Shown here: one piece after another, positions 51,831 to 62,711 of the stretch
Position numbering within the stretch: the first letter of the stretch is position 1
Layout of the letters: every line of letters begins with the position of its first letter
NCBI GenBank assembly: GCA_024137785.1
Contig: JAHRHZ010000009.1
Coordinates: 28,735,356 to 28,799,355, forward strand
Length of the DNA: 64,000 nucleotides
Reading direction: 5' to 3'
Source: Ginglymostoma cirratum
Taxonomy: Eukaryota
Translations under genes and position numbers: made by a program
Notes under the pieces: model-generated
Told to the model about the DNA's origin: nothing
Database searches by the model: none
The model's input: only the letters and a program-made list of their open reading frames with translations

Positions 51831-52208
51831 GACCTAGTGCAGGACCTGTGGACATGATGGGCAAAATGACCTCCTTCTGTGCTGTAATGCATCTATGATT
51901 TCTGTGGCAAAAAGGAGGTTGAAGGAAGAATTGTTGGAGATGTGTAAATGTCTGAAGGGGAGGGACGGTGCTACAACCACTGGGAAAAATCATGGCGCTT
52001 GATCCTTCTCCTGTGTTTGGACTTGTTATTCCCCACCACCTCCAATCTCCAGAAATTCACTCCTGGAAAAGGCAGTTATGGCAGAAATCCTCATGCAAAT
52101 GTTCCATGGTAATTTGCAAGATGATGTACTAAGAGTTCAACAACCCTGGATAGCTCTCCTTCAGTTGACACTTGCCTCAATGAAAACCATAGACCAAACA
52201 GCCATAAA

Positions 52209-52346
52209 AGGTACTGCAGATGCTGGAGAATCCGAGATAACAAGGTGTGGGGCTGGATGAACACAGCAGGCCAAGCAGCATCATAGGAGCAGGAAAGCTT
52301 GACGTTTCGGGCCTAGACCCTTCATCAGAAAAGGGTCTGATGAAGG
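52209..52346 (-). mobile_element. PLE-end element (family P1) running into a gap
   Basis: Almost identical to 62489-62610. The start of an inverted arm (tctgatgaagg) is visible just before the N run. Confidence 0.88.
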
Positions 52347-52746
52347 NNNNNNNNNNNNNNNNNNNNNNNNNNNNNNNNNNNNNNNNNNNNNNNNNNNNNN
52401 NNNNNNNNNNNNNNNNNNNNNNNNNNNNNNNNNNNNNNNNNNNNNNNNNNNNNNNNNNNNNNNNNNNNNNNNNNNNNNNNNNNNNNNNNNNNNNNNNNNN
52501 NNNNNNNNNNNNNNNNNNNNNNNNNNNNNNNNNNNNNNNNNNNNNNNNNNNNNNNNNNNNNNNNNNNNNNNNNNNNNNNNNNNNNNNNNNNNNNNNNNNN
52601 NNNNNNNNNNNNNNNNNNNNNNNNNNNNNNNNNNNNNNNNNNNNNNNNNNNNNNNNNNNNNNNNNNNNNNNNNNNNNNNNNNNNNNNNNNNNNNNNNNNN
52701 NNNNNNNNNNNNNNNNNNNNNNNNNNNNNNNNNNNNNNNNNNNNNN
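52347..52746. other. Assembly gap (400 N)
   Basis: Run of N. Confidence 1.
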
Positions 52747-54774
52747 AGGGGGTGGATGGCGGGTTTGGCTTGGAAGGTGGTTTTGGCATAGTAGGATGGA
52801 AAGGGGCATATAGCAATGGGTGACATGGGGTCAGGGAGGAAGACTGGGAGGAGAGCAAGATGTGGTGACGTACATGGGAAATGGTGGTTGGGTTCAGATG
52901 GGGATTGTATGAGAGGAATGTAAGGAATGAGATAAAAATGCACAAGAGGGACATTGTTGTAAGGGCAGATTGGAATGGCTGGGGATTTAAAGTAAGGTAA
53001 AGTTACGGCGTACTGTAGCAATCACAAAATTTTCACTGCAGATGCTTTTTTCTGCTGCCTTCTCATATTACGCCACTTATATAATGCAGTGTAGTAATAG
53101 GCTTTTAATTAGTCAAATTTAATTCTGGTTCAAGTAAATGATTTGAATACATAAGGAGGAGGATAGGGTTAATCCAGTTTCTTATCTAATTATAAGCAGT
53201 TTTGTTGGCCATGCTGTGGAAGTCTGAAATTTCATCACTGGGAACAAGGGAATTGGGCATTATTTTCAAAGACAAGCAATCATTTCCAGATGTGTCAAGC
53301 GCTGAGTTCCTTCCATGCTATTTCCTGTTAGCCTAGATTGGACCAGCTGCTGCCATGGTTTGGGGACACCTAGCCAATATTTTCCCCTTCCTTAAGCATG
53401 GAAAAACTTGCAATGTCAGAGTGATTTATTGTCTCGAGTTCCCAGAACTTCTTGATCATCTGGGATCTTAGTCTGACTTAGAGCATAATGGCTTTGCACG
53501 CTGCACAATAGGATTTGGTTATTCGTTCGTCATGTGCGTGTCATGTTGTTTGATATAAAGATGATAGAGATTTGATGGCAAATAAAAGTCATTATGGTTA
53601 GGATTTTCTCTTGTTACTTTAAGTATAAAAAGGAAGCCAGAAAACTGTTTCAAAGTGGAATAGTTTCACAAATTGACTTTCAAGTATTTTGGCGCCTTAT
53701 TTAACACAGCACTTCTTTAAACCCTGATTGTGTTTTATACCGTTCCCACAAAATGCATCTGTCTACCAGGTGATTTTACGATGTAAGATCTGAGAAAACA
53801 TTCTGAAAATGTACCTGCAATGTTCGATGCTTTCAAGATTTCAATCTGTCACTCTCGACAGGTCCCAGCCAGAAATATTGACTGTCTGAAAGAATATTGT
53901 TCCAGAACGGTACCATATTTCATTCTTCACATTAGACACATTATTAAAAAATGTCTCTTCTTTCCTAACTTAAAGGCCTTTCAGATTGTTGTTTTATTTG
54001 ACATTCTTTTGGACGCTGTCTAGTCTTCAGCATAGCGAAAAAGAAAAGTTTAATTTACACAAAGCAGCTCTTAACACTGACAAAAGCGCAGCTGTGGTTC
54101 AGTTGCATGTCAAAATATTTCTGCACAAGAGGCTTATTTGAGGAGACAAATAGGAAAATATTTATGCCACATGTCTGCACTAAAAAATGTGGAATTATTT
54201 ACATCCATGTTAGGTGATAATTATTAAACTTCGAAAATTGAAACAAGTTGTGTTTAGGACGAAGAATGTTATTGAGGGTAATATTTAGACTTCAGCTGGG
54301 GAATTTTCAAGATGGTAGCCATTCACTTCTGGAAAATGAATAACAGGGTTGCTTTTACAAATTTGCACTCTTGGATGGAGCTTTGCACACTGGCAAAGCG
54401 TATTGAGATTTCAGGCAATGGAACGGATATTAGTTTCCACATTTCCTTGTAACATCTCGTGCCTGAATTCCTGATTTCTATCCTTGATATACAAAGCTCC
54501 GGAAGGAAGCGGGATTAAGAAATTCTGATGCCTCTCTAACTAACTGTGTAACCGACTCTGCATGAACACATGAAAAGAAAGTATGAAGAAATAGGCCTTT
54601 AGTATGTTTACACATTACATTAATAACAATGTATCACTATATATTATGCTTGATCTGTGAGATTCCCAGTGGCTGGAGCTCTCAGGCATAGCACACAGTG
54701 GTCTATGCATTAATCTGTTGCTGTTCTGGAATGGAAAAAACAATTTGGAAAATCTACCCAAACACATGAGTGTC

Positions 54775-55865
54775 ACTTTCTTGGCTCAGTAATTCTACTA
54801 TTACCTCTTAAGTTAGAAGGCCATTGATTCAAGCTTCACATGTGGAATTTGAATACTTAATCCAATGGAAGATCTCAATGTTGTACAGAGAAAGTGCTGC
54901 ATTGTTGGAGATGCCATCCTCCAGATCAAACACTAAGCTAGGGTGACCATTCATCCAGTTTATACCAAACAGTTCTGTTTTCAGCCAATGCGGCCTTTGT
55001 CTGATCTAAAAAGTGACAGTGGATCTCACCATTGCTTACCATGTTACAATGTTGTACACCAGTACTACCAACATATTTTGGGTAGATTTACTGCCACCAG
55101 TTCTTCCAGTTGGTATTAGTTGGTCTAATGATATCATGCGAGGAAGGATATTCACACAACGCCTTAGACAGGAGATAGATCCTGATTTGATTAAAGAGTA
55201 AAAGGTTTATTAGATATTACATATTAGCTAGTTACACTACATGTAAGATATATGATGGCCCCCTGTGAAATTGTCAGGTACATTTTAAGAGAAAAGTAAC
55301 TGGTACAGGAGAACTTGCGCAGGATTCTATCGGGCACTAGTTTGTTCCTCCCAAGAACAGCCCTTTGTATCCTGATGGGTAGGATTTCTCATGATATTAG
55401 TTAACTCTTTCAGGTCCTAATTGCCTTACACAACATACCTTTATATCCAGTACTTTAGTGAATATACCTCAGTGAAGGATCAGCAGGGCCTGTGCTCATT
55501 CCTTTCCCTGACTGCTGAGACATGGAAAGCAGAAGTGGGATTTCATTTGTTTCCCTAGGGAAAAGGAAATTGGATAAATACTTTGAAAAAATATGACAGG
55601 GAGACGGAAAAGAAGTATGGGAGCGGAACCATTTTGAATTGCTCATCAAACGAGTCAATGCAATAGGTTAGGTGGCCTTTCCTCCCAATACTATTTTAAT
55701 GTTTCCACCAAAATAGATTAGTATCCATTCATTCACCTAATTGCTGTTAGCGGGAACTTGCTATATACAAATAATATGTAGAAATAACAACATTTACTGT
55801 AATTCAAATTGTGCGAAATATAGTTGCAGGATGTGATGTGTGTCCTATAAATGCAAATCTTTAAT
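54775..55865 (+). mobile_element. Ancient DeuSINE/SacSINE1-like SINE split by inserted sequence (pieces about 54775-54940 and 55690-55865)
   Basis: Head ttggctcagt...gattcaagc, Deu-like agtgctgcattgttggagatgccatcctccagat, and 3' part ttgctgttagcgggaacttgct...tataaatgcaaatcttt. Confidence 0.5.
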
Positions 55866-56711
55866 TAGCTGTAATCACATGCTTTCTGAATATTATTTCA
55901 TGTAAAGTTGAATTATTTACAGTTATAAATAATTTTGTGCAGATACTGGGTAATTGATAATACCATGCAACTCCCTCATGGAACTACTCAGTTCAAGTCT
56001 ATTCATTAGTAACATAGATGTGGAATTAATTATATGTGATTTTCTAAAGACGCCACAGGTTTTTTTTAGTGAAAAACAGAATGGAAAATGTAGCATTTGC
56101 TCAAATGAGGTTAACTTTTGCCAACCCGAAGTGATTAACACCAAAGTATTCTTCAAAACTAGCCTATTTTTGTGGTCAGCGATATACAAATTCAGGCCTT
56201 TCATGGGCTTTTGCAGTCAAAATTCCTGTCAGCCAACCATCCAAAAAGTTCAGCAACTTCTTCAGGGCATCTGGGGCCTGTGTAAACCAGACAAACAACA
56301 CGTATGGCCTTAATCATTCAGTGAATGAGCAGTGTAGTCTGCACTAGAAGTGTTAGTTATTTTAATTCAACAATAAATTTATGTTTCAAAAGAAATTAAA
56401 GATTAAAAAAAGGACAAAGTTCAAAGTTTTATGCAAATTATTTCATTTCTTCAATCTCCAACAATAGTTCAAGCGTGAGCAAATGAGGCTCTGCAGTTGC
56501 ATTTATAAATGTTCTCTGCCAGAGAGACGTTGCTTTGTAATAATTGAAGCTGATCACAACATTAACAGAATGAACAAATTTTTCATTTTTATTAGGGTGT
56601 TTAGTGCATATTGCTGAGCTAAGTACAAGAAACTTAAGCTTTTCAATGTATTTGAAAAAAAATTTTAAGGAAGATGCCATTATTGTGTAGTTTTAGAGGA
56701 GTAGGCCATCT

Positions 56712-56984
56712 TCATAGGATCCCTATGGTATGGAAACAGGCGCTTCAGCCCAACAATTCCACATTGACCCTCAGAGTATCCCACCCAGACACCATGGGAA
56801 TTTGTCATGGCCAATCCGCCTAGTCTGCACATCTTTGGATTGTGGGAGGAAACCGGAACACCTGGAAGAAACCCACACAGACAATGTGCAAACTCCACAC
56901 AGACAGTTGACCGAGGGTGGAATCAAATCCAGGCCCCGGCGCTGTGAGGCAGCAGTGCTAACCACCGAGCCACTGTGCCGTCCC
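56712..56984 (-). mobile_element. HE1-like V-SINE
   Basis: Minus head gggacggcacagtggctcggtggttagcactgctgcc, plus V-domain and tail. Confidence 0.9.
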
Positions 56985-59900
56985 ACACAGCAGCTTCCCA
57001 ATTTCTGTACATATATGGTCTCCAAAAGTTACTATCTGACTTACACAATGGAACTGGTGAGCATTAATGTAAATTATATTGCAATGTGCCTCACACTATA
57101 TTGGCCCAAATCTTCCAATCTGATCAGAATCCCTACTTCTGACCCAGATCAGACAAAAGGTTGCATAGTTACTGAACTGCAATATTTGGGTGAATCTTCC
57201 AATGAAGGATCCTTCAGAACCCATCAAGCACAGGAATCCTCACAGAAAAGAAAAAGTGCAGGAAATGTTCATGGAAGTGGCACTCACCTTTTATAACACT
57301 GGCTGCTGCATTCCAACGAGTGAGCAATTTAAATGCCCAAAGCAGCTTTGAAAGTTTATGGAGAGAAGATAACGTAAAGTGTAAGGTAGGTGGGTAAGGG
57401 ACAAGTGGTGGGGTTGGATGAGTAGAGTGAAGATGGGTAAAAGGTGGTTGTACTTGTGGGTAAGGTAGCTGAATGAGCGAGTAGGGTAGCAGCTGTGGGG
57501 ATGGGTGCGATGGCAGGTTCAAAATGAAGTAGGAAAATGACAGGTAAATAAATGGTTAGAATGACAAGTGAGTGGGTGAGCAGGTAAGGTGGCAGACAGG
57601 TGATAAGTTAATGTTCTAGGTAGATAGGTTGGGGTAGTTGGGTCAGATTGGGAAACTGGGGACCCAGGTCAGGTAGGGTTGATTTTAAGGATAGTTAGAT
57701 TGGATCAGAAGTGTGGTTGTATTGCGGAGGTATTCAGGTTGGGAGACTATATCAGATTGGATAATTTGCACAATCAGGTTGACGATGGGTTACAGTTGGG
57801 AAGATAAAGGTTCCAGTCATACAGACTGGTGTCCTCCACCACTTTTATGGATTGAAACTCTCTCCCTTCCTCCATGGCTGCATCCATACCTCAGACATCC
57901 TGAGGTTCCAAACTGCCCTCAATATTCTGGAAGTCCATGACATAATAGACCTCACTGGAATGCCTTGAGGTCTGGAGTAATGCTGACTCACTGGGAGAGA
58001 ATCTCTGCTGGGCATGGCTCTTCAGCCACTGCATTCATGATTATTACATTGCCCCTTCAGTCAGCTAATTATTCCCAGTATTAATTCCACCCATCCAAAA
58101 CAAAGCCACCTCTCACGCTGAATGGTACCATTTCAATATTCCTTGGAACATTCCTTGGGAGAATATGATTCATTTCACTTTTACATGAGGATTGGAGTAC
58201 TCAATCTGTCACCCATCAACATCTCCCCGCTATCCTTCACTCATGCCACCATGTGATTTCCATCGCCACTGTTATCAGTGAGTTTCCTTAGCTTACATTG
58301 ATCCCATCCTTATGTCTACTGGTTTTCCCACTCCCTAACCGAAATGAGCAACATCCCAAAGCCCCTTCTGGTGCTGATCCCTTCCATTCTCAAGCCAACC
58401 TGCACCCTCACTTTTCAAATCCACCCAACAAGACCATATGCTCCCTCCTGAGTTGTCTTCCCTTCACCCTGGCCTAGAGAGACGGCCAGCCTCCTGCTCC
58501 TTGTTAGCTTCAGGCCACAGGGAGTAAATGCTGAAAGCTCCGTCATTTATATTAGTTTGAAACTGTACCACAATAAGGCTGCCCCAAACCAGCAGCGAGC
58601 CTGCCTTTTGAGGATGGAGAACTTAATCGCAAAAATTTATCCCATTATCAAGATTATGTTCCTGCGCAATTACATTCCCCTGCTTGCCATTCTTCTCACC
58701 TCCTCTGGGATAGGAAGATTCCACCTTTTTTTAAAAATCTTTTGGACATGAATAACAAAGGTAATTGATCAATGAAATTCATGAAAGAAAGACATGGTCG
58801 GGTAAGGGTTAACTGTTCTGGAGTAAGTAATGATAATAACTTTGAACTTAATTTGCTACATGATTCAATGATGTCCTGAAGATAAATGTTTTTTCCCAAT
58901 TCAGACTGATGTCAGTGCCCACCCAGAAGGCACACCCACTATCCCTATGCTCTAGTCTCTCATCTTGTTTCCTGCATCCTGCAATGGAAATTTTCGATTA
59001 ATGACCTATTTGCATACGACCTTGCTTGTTTCTTTTGATGCAAAACCCCAAATAGTTGCAGTGCAAAATGTCACCTCTCTGTGCACGCACAATGTCAATG
59101 CTTGCAGCTGATCTGAGGAGCAGCAGCTCAGGGGAGTGCAATGCTGACGTTAGTTATCCTGTGCTAGTAAAAACATTGTGGGTTTTACACCCTGCTGCTT
59201 GATGGCTTGGTTTCAGCAGCTGAAATGAATAGTCATGCAATGTTTGAAAATAATGATGAGAAAAGTATCCAGCGTTACAAGGGAATGAACTTGCAGAGTC
59301 AGGGCATTTCCCAGTCCACAAACGTGTCCCAGGTGAAAGTGTCCTGGGAGTCGAAACTTTTCTTCCAGGTTGCTGGGTGTCTCCGGGAGCTGGGATGGGC
59401 AACCCTGGAATGAGTGTGGAAGTTGGCCGAATGCGTAAGCATGTTGATTTAGGACTCTGGAACAGTGTCCAAAATTTGTAAATAACAATAAAACATGAAA
59501 CAACCCTCCACTCAACACCTCTCAACCCTTACAGACTCCCACCTGCCGGCCCCAAAATCTTCCCATGTCCCACCATGCCACCCCTTTCCATCTCATGTTC
59601 TGAACTCACCCCAATGACCCCTTATGCCCTCCATGTCAACCTATGCCCTTATGCTTATCTCCAAATACCCCCATACGCTTCATGAGAGTCTGTTTCTCTC
59701 TACCCACCCCAATGACCCTCTGTGTTAACTTTGTATCAACTCATGCCGAATAATGACTCCCCTCTTGCACACTTTTGCCCATAAACTTACAAATCTAGCT
59801 CATTCAGTATCTACGGCAGACCTCAGTGTCTGCATTGGGATGAAATAATGCAAAGTTTTAAGTGTCTATACCAAACCTCACTATATTGAAAAACTTCCAT

Positions 59901-60589
59901 TCATAAAAAAATTAATAAATTTTCATTCCTTTTAATATTTAATGCTTAAACACAACAAATATTTAATTCAGGTGCATAATTCCATATAACAACAAGCATT
60001 GAAATTCATAGTCCCACTTCAAAGAGTCTATGGCAAATTGTGGCTGTCAATCCAACTGGGCAATGGCAGATACTCTACTAAGATGATAAATGGTTGTGAA
60101 ATGAGCATCAATCCAATAATGGTATCCCTCAGGCTAATATCAGCAGTAAGAGTGAAATAGTGATTTTTTTTTAACACTCCAGGGACAATTTTCAAAGATT
60201 TATAGGTCTTTAAATGACTTGACCACTTGACAGCTGCTTTTGACATTAGTTCCTCCTCATAGCTACTTTACAGTTGCATTTGACAGATCTGTCGACAGTT
60301 CCAATGAGCTTGATAGTTAATGAATTTATGTAGTTTTCAAGTACATTCATTCCTCCTTAGCGCTCCCTAAAAGGCACCTGACCTCTTCAAAATCTGTCCC
60401 AGGGCCATGAGAAAATGAATACCTTGTTTCTTCAAGAGTGTGACCTGGCTATCCAAATGAATCTACATTGTTCAGATTTGCAACCTATCAGAGCTAATCT
60501 CTGCAATTGATATTTCAGACACCCTAGTCACCAAAAGAGGACATAAATAGAGGTAATTGCTGAATTGTATGGGCAGCAGGCAGCACTAA

Positions 60590-60935
60590 CATAGAGTTGT
60601 AGAATCAAATAGTTGTGCAACGCGGAAACAGACCCTTCGGTCCACATCGTCCACTCCAACCAAATATCCCAAATTAATCTAGTCCCAGTTGTCAGCATTT
60701 GGCCCATATCCTTCTAAACCCTTTCTGTTCATGTCCCCATCCAGATGCCTTTTAAATACTGTAATTGTGTCAGCCTCCACCACTTCCCCTGGCAGCTCAT
60801 TTCATACACTCACCTGCCTCTACATGAAAAAGTTGCCCCTTAGGTCCCTTTTAAATCTTTTCCCTCTCACCTTAAACCTATGATGTCTAGTTTTAGAATC
60901 CCCTACCCTGGGGAAAAGACTTTGGTTATTTACCC
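60590..60935 (-). mobile_element. CR1/HER1-type LINE 3' end
   Basis: ggaaacagacccttcggtcc tail (HE1-like) and cacttcccctggcagctcatttcatac. Confidence 0.85.
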
Positions 60936-61206
60936 TAGGCATGCGAACCACACAGAACGGTGGATGGGGGAGAATCATGGCTGCTCCATATTTTGAAGCT
61001 TTTTCGGTGCTGGAGCTGATTTTCTCAATTTCATGGATCAGTAATTACTGTTTATGTCAGTTTTGCTTTGTTTTTGGAAATTTAAAATAAAACATGACCC
61101 ACTCACATCCCTGACTTTGATAGGTGTGATACAGGTGGCAGGACTCACAATTTTTATCTACATCTGTCATTTATGTCACGGCAGAGAGGCTCTTGGTCAC
61201 GGTGAA

Positions 61207-61350
61207 NNNNNNNNNNNNNNNNNNNNNNNNNNNNNNNNNNNNNNNNNNNNNNNNNNNNNNNNNNNNNNNNNNNNNNNNNNNNNNNNNNNNNNNNNNNNNN
61301 NNNNNNNNNNNNNNNNNNNNNNNNNNNNNNNNNNNNNNNNNNNNNNNNNN
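61207..61350. other. Assembly gap (144 N)
   Basis: Run of N. Confidence 1.
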
Positions 61351-62092
61351 GTGTTGTAATTCTAGATATTTTATCATTGGATGACTTTCCCAACCAAAAA
61401 CGTGTTTGCTATCAGGTGGCAAGTTTGTTTCCTGAAACCGGGTCAAAGACTATGAACTTGGAAGTCCAGAGTAAATTTATGGTTTCAATCATATTCTGAA
61501 GTCAAGATTTTTAGCCATTTGAAGAGTGATGTGATTGCTTGGGAACCTGTGAATTATAATTGTTCTTTTAAGAGAGCAATGTAAGAAATATATATGCATT
61601 ATATATTTCTAAGGACATAGGAGCAGGCTTTTCAGCCCATAGAGCTATTCCTAATCCACAATTGAAATCAATTATCCTTCAATTAATCCATAATTCTTGG
61701 AATACTTATCTAATATGCAGGAAAGTGCTTTTCTGAATCTATTCCATTGCATCCTTTTGTTGGTTGAATCATCACAATTAAATCATCTTGTGACCTTCTG
61801 GGTTCAAATCAAAATTAGTTAACATAATTAGTGCTAATTAAATTTTAATATAAAAGATCAATATGAACTCTAAAAAGGTAGTAGAATGATGGGGAAGGGA
61901 ATGACAAGCTCTCGTAACGGTATCAGAAGTTCATTCTACACACGAACCACTCTGTGTAAAAATGTTGCCCCTCATGATTTTTAAAAATCTTTCTCTTCTC
62001 ACCTTAAAAATATGCTCCCCAGTCTTGAAATCCCCCAAGTCAGGGAAAAGGCATATGCCATTCACCTTACCTATACCTCTCATAGAAAAGAT

Positions 62093-62392
62093 GATCATAC
62101 AATCCCCACAGTGTGGAAATAGTCCCTTCAAGCCCACAAGTCTCCATTGACCCATTCCTCTATAACCCACCTAATCTACACATCCCTGAACACTATGGGC
62201 AATTTGGCATGGCCAATCCATCTAGCCTGCTTATCTTTGGACTGTGGAAGGAAACTAGAGCACCCGGAGGAAACCCACACAGACACAGGGAGAATGTGCA
62301 AACTCCACACAGACAGTCACCTGAGGGTGGAAACAAACCCGGGTCCTGGTGCTGTGAGGCAGCAGTGCTAACCACTGAGCCACTATGTCACC
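62093..62392 (-). mobile_element. HE1-like V-SINE
   Basis: Reverse-complement head, V-domain and tail, as in the other copies. Confidence 0.9.
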
Positions 62393-62481
62393 TGACCGAG
62401 TTAGTGATGACTTTACAAAATTCTATAAGGTCACCGCTTAACCTCCGACACTCCATGGAAAAAACTTCCCAGCCTATTCAG

Positions 62482-62711
62482 AGATAATAGGTACTGCAGA
62501 TGCTGGAGAATCCGAGATAACAAGGTGTAGGGCTGGGTGAACACAGCAGGCCAAGCAGCATCATTGGAGCAGGAAAGCTTGACGTTTCGGGCCTAGACCC
62601 TTCATCAGAAAAAAAAAAAGGTGATGAAGGGTCTCGGCCCAAAACGTCAAGTTTTCCTGCTCCTCTGATGCTGTTTGGCCTGCTGTGTTCATCCAGCTCT
62701 ACACCTTGTTA
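62482..62711. mobile_element. Fully assembled palindromic PLE-end element (family P1)
   Basis: 92-nt inverted arms (62516-62607 and 62622-62713) around an A-rich spacer. Perfect 15-bp TSD tcccagcctattcag at 62467-62481 and 62712-62726. Confidence 0.92.
62578..62611 (-). ncRNA. Minimal hammerhead motif with intact core (same motif at 52298-52331, minus strand)
   Basis: Minus strand TTT-CTGATGA-A-GGGT(ctag)GCCC-GAAACGTC-AAG: GUC cleavage triplet, palindromic ACGU in place of stem III, weak 3-bp stem I. Confidence 0.6.

Noticed and set aside
52177-53021. Long ORFs across N gaps (also 61054-61446)
   Set aside because: Artefacts of translating N runs.
56730-57296. 188-aa ORF
   Set aside because: The first half is antisense HE1 SINE; the same DCGRKPEHLEETHTD pseudo-peptide recurs at the other HE1 copies.
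57360-57800. G-rich strand-skewed tracts as functional G-quadruplexes (also 52747-52990, 59500-59780)
   Set aside because: Mostly irregular GG/GGG runs, consistent with degenerate low-complexity or repeat interiors.
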